A stretch of DNA of 64,000 bases from a bacterium (GTDB lineage Bacteria; Zixibacteria; MSB-5A5; GN15; FEB-12): positions 32,001-96,000 of the forward strand of contig JBDRNJ010000072.1 in NCBI GenBank assembly GCA_043811375.1, written 5' to 3'. A program made the translations under genes and the position numbers. Under the pieces are notes generated by a model that did no database searches, was not told where the DNA came from, and saw only the letters and a list, made by a program, of their open reading frames with translations. Position 1 is the stretch's first letter, and each line of letters starts with the position of its first letter. This document shows positions 19,022 through 28,981 of this stretch, in pieces.

Positions 19022-20358
19022 GTTGCTTGCTCCCTGATCGCATGGTCAATTCGGGCCGGTAAGAGCAGGTGTATGACGGCTCCGCCGGCAGGACCGTTAT
19101 CAGCAGTGATGTCTCCCCCATGGGCTTTCATTATCTTCCAGGCCACCGCCAATCCCAGGCCGTTGCCCTCTTTGCTCATAGTAAAAAACGGTGCAAAGAT
19201 ACGGTCGAGATGTTCCGGGCTGATACCGGGACCATTATCGGTAATAGTTGTCTCGACAACGGTTTCATCCAGTCCCAGAAGGATTTGATCACTATAGTGG
19301 GACGCGGCCGTCTCCCGTGACAGACAGCGATAGCGGACCTCTATGACACCACCCTCGCCACCGGCATCGACGGCGTTCAGCAAGACATTAAACAGCACCT
19401 GGCGAATGAGCAGGCGGTCCAGTTGAAGATTGAATCCGATCGGCACCGCCTCGGGGTTACCGTACAACCGGATGGTCGTGTCCTTGATCCGGTCAGAAAA
19501 CTCCCGTCGAAATTGCTCGAGAGTCGCCCGCAGGAACTCATCGTAGACCACCTGGGTTCGGTTGACTTCCTCCAGGCGCGTATAATTGAGCAGCGTGGTG
19601 ACGGTTTCGTTGAGGTTGTTGACTCCCTCTATAATCCTGCCGGCCAGTTTCTTTCTGGGATCGGTCGGGGCCAGCTCTTTTTCCAGCAGAGAGGCAAAAC
19701 CGACAATTCCCGACAGGGGATTACGAACTTCATGGGCGATAGTCGCCGCCATCTCGCCCAGCGCGGCCAGCGTGTTCAGCCGGGCGACTTCCTGCTCCAG
19801 CTTCTTGATTTTTGTAAGATCCTGAAACACTTCCACGGCACCGATCGATCGACCCAGGTCATCGGACAGCACCGCGGTTGAAACCGACAGATACAGCCTG
19901 GTGCCGTCGGCCAACTTGATTGCTTTTTCGATGGAGGCAACTTCCCGACCACTTTCGGCGGCCCGCATAGCGTTGGCATCGGCGGGAGTACCCGGCGTGA
20001 CGACATTACGATAGCGCTGTCCGAGAGCATCGTCGGTGGAAATACTCAGAATCAGGGAAGCGGCCGGGTTAAAATGAGTAATGCGGCCATTCTGGTCAAC
20101 GGCAATAACACCAGCCGAAATGGAGTTGAGAATTCCGTTGAGAAATCCGGTGGCGGCCAGGTTGCGCCGGGTAAGTTTGACCAATTGGCTATTGGCCTCA
20201 GCCAGTTTCTCATTCTGCCGGGAGGATTCCTCCTGCAACTCGAGATAGCGCCGCTGCAGTGAATTGATGACGCGATCAAAAGAGGCGTAGGACTCGGTGA
20301 ACCTGGTTACCGCATCCTTGTTAATTTCTTCGTCGAATACTGCCCGATCATCATCCAT
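19018..20358 (-). CDS. Cytoplasmic PAS histidine kinase (FleS/FlrB/FlgS-like)
   Basis: Coiled coil, PAS, LGEMAA.IAHEVRNPL H-box, DNGPG, GNGLGL; overlaps the regulator start. Confidence 0.93.
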   Translation of the reverse strand: MDDDRAVFDEEINKDAVTRFTESYASFDRVINSLQRRYLELQEESSRQNEKLAEANSQLVKLTRRNLAATGFLNGILNSISAGVIAVDQNGRITHFNPAASLILSISTDDALGQRYRNVVTPGTPADANAMRAAESGREVASIEKAIKLADGTRLYLSVSTAVLSDDLGRSIGAVEVFQDLTKIKKLEQEVARLNTLAALGEMAATIAHEVRNPLSGIVGFASLLEKELAPTDPRKKLAGRIIEGVNNLNETVTTLLNYTRLEEVNRTQVVYDEFLRATLEQFRREFSDRIKDTTIRLYGNPEAVPIGFNLQLDRLLIRQVLFNVLLNAVDAGGEGGVIEVRYRCLSRETAASHYSDQILLGLDETVVETTITDNGPGISPEHLDRIFAPFFTMSKEGNGLGLAVAWKIMKAHGGDITADNGPAGGAVIHLLLPARIDHAIREQAT

Positions 20359-20426
20359 GACACATCTTTACCATCCTGATCGGGAATTTCAGTACTGATC
20401 AGATGTGATTCAACAAAAACTTTAGC

Positions 20427-21551
20427 TCAGAAGTAACTTACGACCTCGCCGGCGATGTTATCCAGCGAGGCAACATGGTCAGCCAGATTGGCTTCAATGA
20501 CTGCCCGGGGCATACCGTAGACAATGCAGGTCTGCTCATTCTGGGCAATAACCACCCCCCCTTTGTCCTTGAGCTTCTTCAGACCGACCACCCCGTTGCT
20601 GCCCATACCGGTCAGGATGACACCCATACCGGTAGCTCCACAGACGTCGGCGACAGAGTCCATCAGGATGTCCACACAGGGATGGTACAGCGTTTCCGCC
20701 GGACAGGGCGACACCTCGACATAAACCCTGGTGCCTCTCTTTTTGACAGTCATGTGTTTGCCGCCGGGGGCAATCAGCACGGTACCGGCCTCGGCCGGTT
20801 CACCGTGGGTTGCTTCCCTAACATTCAATAGCGACATACCGTCCAGACGCTCGGCCAGTGACTTGGTAAAGGCCGGCGGCATGTGCTGGGCAATCACGAC
20901 CGGAACCGGCAGGTTTCGAGGCAACCGTGGAATGATCGCCTGCAGGGCGGGGGGGCCCCCGGTTGACGAGCCAATGCCGATCATTCTGACCAGATGGCTT
21001 TTCCTGCGCCTGGCCACCGCCGGAGGTAGGCTGCCGGTCCTTTTGGCACCGGAGCTACCGGAGATCCTCCGAGTACCGGATGTTGCCGTTTGGGTAAACC
21101 GTCGCTGACTGAACCTCGCCATTAATATGTGACGGCGGTGGACTATATCCTTGATCTTGGCCACCAGTTCGTCCTTGATCTTGACAATGTCAAGACTCAC
21201 ATATGATAACTGCTTGGGGATGAAATCGACCGCCCCCATTTCCAGCGCCTCAAGCGTAGCCTGAGCACCGTCAGTTGTCAGAGAAGAAACCATCATTACC
21301 GGCACCGGGTCGGTTGTCATTATTTGTCGCAGTGCCGTCAGGCCGTCCATACGCGGCATCTCAATGTCCATGGTGACCAGGTCAGGCTTGAGCAGCCTGG
21401 CCTTCTCAACGCCTTCGGATCCGTCCCGGGCGGTGCCGATTACCTTGATTTCGGGATCGGACTCCAGCATCATGCTCAGGGCTTTGCGCATGAAAGCGGA
21501 ATCATCAACGACCAGAATGCCGATTTGCTTGGACGATGGTGATTCCACCAC
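20427..21551 (-). CDS. cheB: Chemotaxis methylesterase CheB (catalytic Asp position is Asn)
   Basis: REC domain + GSSTGG, QHM, TGMGSNG, VYGMP. Confidence 0.95.
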   Translation of the reverse strand: MVESPSSKQIGILVVDDSAFMRKALSMMLESDPEIKVIGTARDGSEGVEKARLLKPDLVTMDIEMPRMDGLTALRQIMTTDPVPVMMVSSLTTDGAQATLEALEMGAVDFIPKQLSYVSLDIVKIKDELVAKIKDIVHRRHILMARFSQRRFTQTATSGTRRISGSSGAKRTGSLPPAVARRRKSHLVRMIGIGSSTGGPPALQAIIPRLPRNLPVPVVIAQHMPPAFTKSLAERLDGMSLLNVREATHGEPAEAGTVLIAPGGKHMTVKKRGTRVYVEVSPCPAETLYHPCVDILMDSVADVCGATGMGVILTGMGSNGVVGLKKLKDKGGVVIAQNEQTCIVYGMPRAVIEANLADHVASLDNIAGEVVSYF

Positions 21552-21565
21552 GATTTTATATCCTT

Positions 21566-23326
21566 TTAGCTGAGTTTTCGTGCAATGCTGAACAGGCCGA
21601 TCAGATCGACAATCAGACGGATGCGTCCATCCCCAAGGATGGTGCCCCCGGCGATGCCCTCGGTAGTTCCCAGGTAATTGCCGAGCGATTTGATGACCAC
21701 TTCTTCCTGTCCCAGAAAGCGGTCAACAACCAGGCCCAGTTTCTTTTCCGCCAATCCAACCACTACTATGTACGGTTTTTCAGTGAGAACAAATCCGGCC
21801 TGGCTGGTTTTCAGTACTTCCACCAGGTTGATGACGGGAATGATCTCATCGCGCAATCGCAGAACCGGTCGCTGGTTGATGTAGGAGACATCCGACTGCT
21901 GTGTCTTGACCGTTTCCAGCACCGAAGACAGCGGCAGGATAAAAACTTCGTCGTCACAATCAACCAGCAGACCCTGGATTATGGCCAGCGTAAGCGCGAG
22001 TTTGATGGTGACGGTAGTGCCGACATCTCTTTCCGACTCCAGTTCTATCAATCCGTTCAGCTTTTCGATATTGGAACGGACGACATCCATCCCGACTCCC
22101 CGCCCGGAGACGTCGGTAACCTTCTTAGCGGTGGAGAACCCGGCCCCGAAAATAAACCTGAAAACATCGCGGTCGGGCATTTTTTCGACATCCGCTTTGG
22201 TCGCCAATCCCCGCTCTACGGCCTTGGTGCGGATAGCCGCTACATCCAGACCCCGGCCATCGTCGGTGATCTTGATAACAATATTGGAACCTTCCTGGCT
22301 CGCGGCCAGATGGACAGTACCGGTCGGCGGCTTGCCCCTGGCTGTCCGTTCATCCGGCGTTTCCAGGCCGTGACCGCATGAGTTTCTGATAATATGTACC
22401 AGGGGATCGCCGATTTCCTCGATTATGGATTTGTCCAGTTCGGTGCTTTCGCCGGACAGTTTCAGTTGGATTTGTTTGCCGGAGTCTCGCGCCAGGTCGC
22501 GTACTAATCGTGGAAAACGACCGAACACTTTCCCGATCGGGAGCATACGCATTTTCATGACAGCCATTTGCAGCTCAGTGGTGATGAAATTTACGGCCGT
22601 GACCGATTGGTTTAGCTGATCCAGTTCGTGCTCACCTTCGTGTTCGGAGTTGAGCTTGTTGGCGCTCTGTACCAAGCTGTTGCGTCCAAGAACCAGTTCA
22701 CCCATCATGTTCATCAGCATATCCAGGCGGTCGACATCGACCCGGATCGTCTGTCCGGCGGCGGGACGTTTCGATGGCCCGGATAGTTGTGGTGCAACCG
22801 GTTTTTCTGCCGTTGTGCCGGTGGTTGTGACCGGTGCCGGGGGCGTTTCCGGAGGCGGGTTCTGCAACTCGTCCGGTTCATCCTCACCGGACGGCGCTTC
22901 TTTCGCCGCGGCACCCTCCTGGCTGGTTATGCTAGCCATCAAACGATTCAATATGCCGGTCAAATCAATTTCCTCACCGCTGCCAGAGCGCACGTGCTCC
23001 AGCAATTCCTTCAGCAAGTCCAGCGCTTCCAACAGGACATCCATGATATCCGGTGTTACGACCATCTCGGACTTGCGCAGCTTGTTGAGCACGTCCTCCA
23101 TCCTGTGCGACAGGGTGGTGACCTGCTCAAAGCCGAGGAAACTGGAGGTGCCCTTTATCGTGTGGGCGGCGCGAAATATCTCATTGAGCAGATCCGGATC
23201 GTCCGGTAACGATTCCAGTTTGACGAAGTTGGTATCAAGTGATGCAATCAGTTCGTCGGCTTCCACCAGGAAATCCTGGATGATTTCCTGCATCTCGTCC
23301 AGTTGCGTATCAACTTCGTTCGACAT
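21566..23326 (-). CDS. cheA: Chemotaxis histidine kinase CheA (no evident P2 domain)
   Basis: Hpt FRAAHTIKG; IRVDVDRLD dimerisation; DDGRG; GRGVGMDVV; C-terminal CheW-like domain. Confidence 0.96.
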   Translation of the reverse strand: MSNEVDTQLDEMQEIIQDFLVEADELIASLDTNFVKLESLPDDPDLLNEIFRAAHTIKGTSSFLGFEQVTTLSHRMEDVLNKLRKSEMVVTPDIMDVLLEALDLLKELLEHVRSGSGEEIDLTGILNRLMASITSQEGAAAKEAPSGEDEPDELQNPPPETPPAPVTTTGTTAEKPVAPQLSGPSKRPAAGQTIRVDVDRLDMLMNMMGELVLGRNSLVQSANKLNSEHEGEHELDQLNQSVTAVNFITTELQMAVMKMRMLPIGKVFGRFPRLVRDLARDSGKQIQLKLSGESTELDKSIIEEIGDPLVHIIRNSCGHGLETPDERTARGKPPTGTVHLAASQEGSNIVIKITDDGRGLDVAAIRTKAVERGLATKADVEKMPDRDVFRFIFGAGFSTAKKVTDVSGRGVGMDVVRSNIEKLNGLIELESERDVGTTVTIKLALTLAIIQGLLVDCDDEVFILPLSSVLETVKTQQSDVSYINQRPVLRLRDEIIPVINLVEVLKTSQAGFVLTEKPYIVVVGLAEKKLGLVVDRFLGQEEVVIKSLGNYLGTTEGIAGGTILGDGRIRLIVDLIGLFSIARKLS

Positions 23327-23335
23327 ACCGCCCCG

Positions 23336-23941
23336 TTAACTTTTGCTCTTCCGGGAAACCAGGTCGTCGATTTCGGCTTGATCCGTTTTCTTGTTGAACA
23401 TGTCGGCGTTGGGGTCAAATGATCTTACTCGTCTGTTCTTCCGATCTCCGATCGATTCGGGGAAGTCCGTCTTCTGATCATGCAGGACAATCACAACCCG
23501 GCCCAGTTTATCCTGCACGTCCTCCAACAGTGATGTCGCGTGCGACATTTGCTGCGAAGTAATGTCCTGGAACTGCAGAGCATCCATGATGGTGTAAGCA
23601 TCGTTAACGGTCGTGGAAGCCTTCTGGGTCAGATCATCAACGATCGTACCCAAATCGGCAACACCCAGGTCGGCCGTGAGTTCCTTGATCCGATTCAATC
23701 CCTGGATCACTTCTTCCTCTCGCTGCGTTATCTGCTCAATCTTGTCGAGCATCTGGTGAGCGGCCACCTCGGTCTGTTCATTGATTTTGTCGAGTTGTTC
23801 GGTGGCCATGGGCACTTTTTTATTGGATTCGGCAAGCGGATTTTTCAACTCTCGGAACTTGTCTACGACGTCACGGATGGATTCAGCCAGTTCCTGAATC
23901 TCATTCTGGATTTTCGTTGGGAAATCATTTTTATCGGGCAT
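23336..23941 (-). CDS. cheZ: CheZ-family phosphatase
   Basis: 'ALQFQDITSQ' active-site motif; C-terminal 'Q.EIDDL' CheY-binding tail; between cheY and cheA. Confidence 0.85.
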   Translation of the reverse strand: MPDKNDFPTKIQNEIQELAESIRDVVDKFRELKNPLAESNKKVPMATEQLDKINEQTEVAAHQMLDKIEQITQREEEVIQGLNRIKELTADLGVADLGTIVDDLTQKASTTVNDAYTIMDALQFQDITSQQMSHATSLLEDVQDKLGRVVIVLHDQKTDFPESIGDRKNRRVRSFDPNADMFNKKTDQAEIDDLVSRKSKS

Positions 23942-23968
23942 AATCGCCTCCTATCGACCAGCTTCTCA

Positions 23969-24343
23969 TCAACCGGCCAGGACTTGTTCAATCTTCTGTA
24001 TTAGTGTGTCCGGGGTGAACGGTTTAACAATGTAGTTGTTAACCCCGGCCTTCAGCGCTTCCACGATGTCATCCTTTACGGAACGCGTCGTTACCATCAG
24101 GATGGGCATGTCTTTGTACTGGGCATCGGATCGTATCTTCGTCACGAAAGTCAGACCATCCATTTCCGGCATATTCCAGTCGGTGATAATGAAGTTAAAC
24201 TTTTCCACTTTCAGCTTAGCCAATGCGTCCTTGCCGTCGGTGGCTTCCATGACATCATTGAAGCCTGCTCTCTTGAGCGTGTTGACGATAATCCGCCGCA
24301 TTGTAGGACTATCATCAACCGCCAGAATCTTGAGATCAGCCAT
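23969..24343 (-). CDS. cheY: Chemotaxis response regulator CheY
   Basis: LKILAVDDSPTMRRII, TDWNMP, YIVKPF. Confidence 0.93.
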   Translation of the reverse strand: MADLKILAVDDSPTMRRIIVNTLKRAGFNDVMEATDGKDALAKLKVEKFNFIITDWNMPEMDGLTFVTKIRSDAQYKDMPILMVTTRSVKDDIVEALKAGVNNYIVKPFTPDTLIQKIEQVLAG

Positions 24344-24372
24344 GCTGCCTCCATATATCCGCGAATTTCATT

Positions 24373-24744
24373 TTATTTCAGGAACTTTGAGACTTCATTC
24401 AAAAGAACGGAAGACTTAAAAGGCTTAACCAAGTAGGCTGTGGCGCCCACCTCTAAACCTCTCTGACGATCCTCCTCTTCCGCTTCCGACGTAAGGATGA
24501 TGATAGGTGTCCTCTGATGCTGCGCGTTCTGGCGCAGGGTCTGAATCAGTCCGTATCCGTCGAGGTTCGGCATGTTCAGATCGGTAATCACCAGGTTGAC
24601 ACCGTCCGGCATGTTTGACACCTTTTCAACGGCATCCATCCCGTCGCGGGCGGTCACTACGTTGTATCCTCCGTTTTTCAACGAGAAGGAGACAAACTTG
24701 ACCACTGTCGGTGAATCATCAACAACCAAGATTGTCTGTGTCAT
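24373..24744 (-). CDS. Single-domain CheY-like response regulator
   Basis: VVDDS, TDLNMP, YLVKPF. Confidence 0.9.
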   Translation of the reverse strand: MTQTILVVDDSPTVVKFVSFSLKNGGYNVVTARDGMDAVEKVSNMPDGVNLVITDLNMPNLDGYGLIQTLRQNAQHQRTPIIILTSEAEEEDRQRGLEVGATAYLVKPFKSSVLLNEVSKFLK

Positions 24745-24772
24745 ACCAGATACCCTGTATGTTTTAAGTGCC

Positions 24773-25762
24773 CTATTTCTTCACTGTCATCGGCCTGATC
24801 TTACTCAGTAGGTCCATAGCCCGCCGCGCACCCAGTGAAGCCGATGTTTCCGACGCTGCAACTGCTCCGGCGAACCCGATTACTGGTTTGTCGTCGGCAG
24901 TAGACGCAACCTCTTTGTGGTAGACCAGAGCGTTTTTGAAATACACCAGTTTGAAAGCCTTCGAAATACCATGCAGCGTCTCCGAATGACCGATATAGAG
25001 ATACCCTCCCGGTGCCAGAGCATTGAAGAACCCCCGGACCAACTGCTTCTTCACTTCATCCGAGAAATAGATCATCACGTTGCGGCAGAAGATGACGTCG
25101 AAATTCGAGTGCATCGTTACCTTGCGTGGGTCATTGAGATTCAGGTGCGAAAACCTGACCAGTGCCTTGACCTGGGGGTTGATATGATAGAGTTCACCTG
25201 ACTTAGTGAAAAACCGGTTCAACCGAGTGGGGTTGACATTACGCAGGGTAAGTCCGTTGTATTCGCCCTTGCGGGCTTTCTGCAAGACCTTTTCGGAAAT
25301 GTCGTTGGCGATTATTTCCACGTTCCATTCCGTCAGGGAGGGCAGCTTTTCCAGGACGATCATCGCCAGCGTGTATGGTTCCTCACCGGTGGAACAGCCG
25401 GCCGACCAGATGCGCAGACTCTTGATCCCCCGACCATTCTGTTTGTTCATCACTAACAGGGGCAGCACTTCATCTGAAAACGACAGAAGCTGCGGTTCGT
25501 TGCGGTAGAAGCTGGTCTCGTTGGTGGTTATGAGATTCATCAGTTGGTGGAATTCCTTCATGGAGGAATCATACTTGACATGGTAGAAATAGTCCCGGCA
25601 GCTCTTGATTCCCAATTCGGCCATTCTCTTGATTAACCTGTTTTTCACCAGGTACATCTTGTTTTCAGCGAAGAAGATACCGCATTTTTCGTGAATGAAG
25701 TCGCGAATCATCACGAATTCTTCGTGTGTCATTTCCGGTTCTTCGACTAGATTTGTCAGCAT
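24773..25762 (-). CDS. cheR: Chemotaxis methyltransferase CheR
   Basis: TTNETSFYR, IWSAGCSTGEEPY, IFCRNVMIYF, GHSE. Confidence 0.96.
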   Translation of the reverse strand: MLTNLVEEPEMTHEEFVMIRDFIHEKCGIFFAENKMYLVKNRLIKRMAELGIKSCRDYFYHVKYDSSMKEFHQLMNLITTNETSFYRNEPQLLSFSDEVLPLLVMNKQNGRGIKSLRIWSAGCSTGEEPYTLAMIVLEKLPSLTEWNVEIIANDISEKVLQKARKGEYNGLTLRNVNPTRLNRFFTKSGELYHINPQVKALVRFSHLNLNDPRKVTMHSNFDVIFCRNVMIYFSDEVKKQLVRGFFNALAPGGYLYIGHSETLHGISKAFKLVYFKNALVYHKEVASTADDKPVIGFAGAVAASETSASLGARRAMDLLSKIRPMTVKK

Positions 25763-25834
25763 GTATCACCCCCGTAGAAACAGCCCCAGTACTTCCTAAT
25801 GGTCAAGAGACACCGTGTTGTCATAACCGATTGC

Positions 25835-26233
25835 TCAATCGTCTCCGTCAAACCCAGTTTCCTTTTCCTGAACCTTGGTTTGAATGACCTTGTAAAGTTT
25901 GTTGATATTGAAGGGTTTGGTAATGTAGTCCGTAACCCGGCAGCGCAGAGCCGTTACAGCCGAGTCGACCGACGGGTAGCCGGTCATCAGGACCACCGGT
26001 ATGTCGGGATATGACTGTTGCATTTCGCTGGTCAGTGTTAATCCGTCCATCTGTGGCATCCTGATGTCGGTCAGGACAAGGTCAATCTTTCTTGATTGCA
26101 GTATCTGGAGAGCTTTTTCGCCGTCTTCAGCGATAGCGATATCCCAGCCGTGTCCGTGAAAGAAATCATACAGCAAGTCTCGGATCAACAGCTCATCATC
26201 CACAACAAGTATCGAGGGTGTATTCAATGTCAT
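25835..26233 (-). CDS. Single-domain response regulator
   Basis: VVDDE, TDIRMP, MTG, KPF. Confidence 0.9.
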   Translation of the reverse strand: MTLNTPSILVVDDELLIRDLLYDFFHGHGWDIAIAEDGEKALQILQSRKIDLVLTDIRMPQMDGLTLTSEMQQSYPDIPVVLMTGYPSVDSAVTALRCRVTDYITKPFNINKLYKVIQTKVQEKETGFDGDD

Positions 26234-28134
26234 TCTCCCTCAAGGCTGGTGACGGCCATCTCCACGGCCTTGGTAATATCGCTGTTCTTCTCGTCTTGCA
26301 GCCCCTTAATATCCGGCAGGACCTGCCGGCATCCCATCTGAGACAGCGCCTTGATGGCGGCTATCTTGAGGATATCCTGATCATTCTTTAGAAACGGCAG
26401 CAGTAAATCAGCGTGTTTGCTCTGACCTAGGCTGCCGATGGCGGTGATGGCATGATAGCAAACCCAGACATCCTCATCGTCGAGAAGAAACCTGATGTCC
26501 GGAATTGCATCTTCTCCGCGCAATGTAATCAGCGCCGTCACGGCCGCCTTGCGCACCCCGGTGTTTTCATCGTTAAGAGCCAGTGACAACAGCTTGACAT
26601 CGGGGACCTGGCCGATTCTGGCCAGCGAGTTGATAGCCGACTTGCGTACCTCCGGTTCGGGATGATTGACGGCCTTCAACAATGGTTCCACGACCTCGGT
26701 TTCACCGATCATGCCCAGGGCCGTAACCGCCAGACGTTGTTTCTCGGCGTCCTGATGGTAGAGATCGGCGGTGAACTTAGCCACCACCCTGGGTCCGCCG
26801 GCCACTACCAGGGCACCCATAGCCGCTTCGCGCACGTCGACGTACTTGTCCTCCAGCCCCCTGAAAAGAATGTCCGTATCTTCTTCGGTGCACAGCCAGC
26901 CGAGGGCGCCGAAGGCTGCGGCGCGCACATGACCGACCTCGTCGGAGGCTAGTCTTTTCAGAACCTCAGAAGTCTCGACAATTCCGGACAAGCCCAGGGT
27001 ATGGGCAATTTTCCGCCGGATTTCAGGATCGGGATCATCGACAAAGTCAGTCAGCCTGACGGCGATTTCATGGTCAGTAAATCCGCGCAGGATTTCCAGC
27101 AGCACCAGCTTGGTATGCGACGATGCCCGGGGAAACATCTTAAGAATCGGCTCGGTGGCGTTAGGTCCGATTTGTTCGATAATTTCGGAAACATGTTTAA
27201 GCGTTTCCTCATCAACAAAATCCAACACTTCCAGCAGAGATTTCATAACATCCCGGCCGTACCAGTTCGTGAGACGGGAGAGCGTGAAGTCGGTGATTTT
27301 GGAATTGCGGCTTTTGATGCCGTCGAAGAGAAAGTCAGAAAACTTGTCCAGCGGCAGATCACAGTCAATCTTACCGCCGTGTCTGATACTGATATCTATA
27401 ATCGCCGTGAGAGCTGCCTCGGCAATAGTTCTATCCTCATGATCGAGATATGCCAGCAGTTTTTCGATCGAATTCTTAAGGCCGATATTGCCGATAGCTT
27501 CGATGGCGGCATACAGGATCACCGGATCATCGGTCTTGAGGAAACCGAACAGCATATCCAGGCTGGACGGATCGCCGATCTTCCCCAGAGCCTCAATAAC
27601 CTGCAGACGTGAGTCCTCACAGCGCTGGTAAGCGGCTACCAGTTCAGAAATCGCTTTGGAAGAGCCGATTTCACCCAGTGCCTCAGCAGCCGAGCAGACA
27701 ACGTTGTCATTTTCGTCCGAGAGACTTTTGCACAGCGGTTTGACGGCTGACTCATCTTTAATGAGCCCCAGCACGTCCACTACGAACTTGCGTACATCGG
27801 GATCGTCGCTTTCCAGGGCTTCAACCAGGGACTGAATCGCCGGGGCACCAATACGAACCAGTATCTCGGCGGCCAGGTTGCGTGTTCCGATGTCCCCGTG
27901 GGCGAGAAAACGGATCAGTAACTGGGAAACAATTTCCCCCTGCATTTTCCCCAGAACGTCGGCCGCTAATTCCCTGATACCCAGATCGGTGTCTTCCAGC
28001 GCCAGTACCAGCCCGGCTACGGCCTCATCCTCGGTGTACCGGCCCAGCTCCTTGACCGCCTCCTCGCGTTCGTAAAAGTCCGGCGACTGCAGGTTTGTCA
28101 ACAGTTGTCCGATGCGCTCGATTACATTACTCAT
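26230..28134 (-). CDS. HEAT/PBS-lyase repeat protein
   Basis: Many 'L.D.D..VR..A..ALG.IG' repeats over 634 aa. Confidence 0.92.
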   Translation of the reverse strand: MSNVIERIGQLLTNLQSPDFYEREEAVKELGRYTEDEAVAGLVLALEDTDLGIRELAADVLGKMQGEIVSQLLIRFLAHGDIGTRNLAAEILVRIGAPAIQSLVEALESDDPDVRKFVVDVLGLIKDESAVKPLCKSLSDENDNVVCSAAEALGEIGSSKAISELVAAYQRCEDSRLQVIEALGKIGDPSSLDMLFGFLKTDDPVILYAAIEAIGNIGLKNSIEKLLAYLDHEDRTIAEAALTAIIDISIRHGGKIDCDLPLDKFSDFLFDGIKSRNSKITDFTLSRLTNWYGRDVMKSLLEVLDFVDEETLKHVSEIIEQIGPNATEPILKMFPRASSHTKLVLLEILRGFTDHEIAVRLTDFVDDPDPEIRRKIAHTLGLSGIVETSEVLKRLASDEVGHVRAAAFGALGWLCTEEDTDILFRGLEDKYVDVREAAMGALVVAGGPRVVAKFTADLYHQDAEKQRLAVTALGMIGETEVVEPLLKAVNHPEPEVRKSAINSLARIGQVPDVKLLSLALNDENTGVRKAAVTALITLRGEDAIPDIRFLLDDEDVWVCYHAITAIGSLGQSKHADLLLPFLKNDQDILKIAAIKALSQMGCRQVLPDIKGLQDEKNSDITKAVEMAVTSLEGE

Positions 28135-28175
28135 ATATCAACCCCTTGTCTGTCAATTGATCAGGCACACCGGGA

Positions 28176-28538
28176 TCAGCCGGCGGCGACAGCCTGGTAG
28201 GAATTGAGTGCTTCCTGTTCGGTAGCATATATCTCAAAGATGTGCGACAGCTGCGTGATCTCAAATATCTCCTGCACATAACTGGCCAGGTTCGACAGCG
28301 TCAGGCGACCCTTGCGCAGACGAATCTCCTTCATCATCGATACCAGGGAACCTAACCCGGAGCTGTTGATAAACTCGACATCAGCAAGGTTCAGGTGGAT
28401 TGCTGTTTTCTCCTTTTCGAACAACTGTTTGACCTGTTCCTTGAGTGCGGAACCGGTGGCCAGATCCAGCCGGCCTTTGAGGTTTAGAATGGATACGTTG
28501 GCTTCTTCTCTGACATTGATTTCCATGGTTTCCTCCAC
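28176..28538 (-). CDS. STAS anti-sigma-factor antagonist (RsbV/SpoIIAA-like)
   Basis: L.GRLD, 'V.FINSSGLG.L', 'V..IFEIT.L'. Confidence 0.92.
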   Translation of the reverse strand: MEETMEINVREEANVSILNLKGRLDLATGSALKEQVKQLFEKEKTAIHLNLADVEFINSSGLGSLVSMMKEIRLRKGRLTLSNLASYVQEIFEITQLSHIFEIYATEQEALNSYQAVAAG

Positions 28539-28544
28539 ATTCAG

Positions 28545-28979
28545 CTATGTATGGTGACTAATATTCTCTTTTGTCTCGGTTAGTTCGAACTTGAGCGTGA
28601 CCTTCAGTCCGCTATCCGGCGTTTCCGTGAATCTAAGGTCGGCAGCGTAATGCTGCATAATATCCACACCACGTCCCCCCTCTGATAGCACGGATGCGGG
28701 TTGTCGGTTCTCGATTCGTTCAAGTCCATCCTGACCCTGGTCAATAATATCGGCAGATAGATCGTTCTCATTTATATGCAGAATCAGTTTAATCTCTTTG
28801 TGGGGGTCACGCCGGTTGCCATGCACCAGGGCGTTGGTAAACGCCTCCGACACCGCCAGCAGGATGTGGTTGCGCAACTCATCCGTTATTCGGTTGGTCT
28901 CCAGGATTACCATCACTTCATCGAGCATCTGGTCTTCAGAATCCGAAACCGAAGGATAAGTGTGTTCGTAATGCGGCAT
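28545..28979 (-). CDS. Anti-sigma factor / Ser kinase (RsbW-like)
   Basis: LAVSEAFTNALVHGN, IIDQG, EGGRG; start at ATG 28979. Confidence 0.9.
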   Translation of the reverse strand: MPHYEHTYPSVSDSEDQMLDEVMVILETNRITDELRNHILLAVSEAFTNALVHGNRRDPHKEIKLILHINENDLSADIIDQGQDGLERIENRQPASVLSEGGRGVDIMQHYAADLRFTETPDSGLKVTLKFELTETKENISHHT

Positions 28980-28981
28980 GA

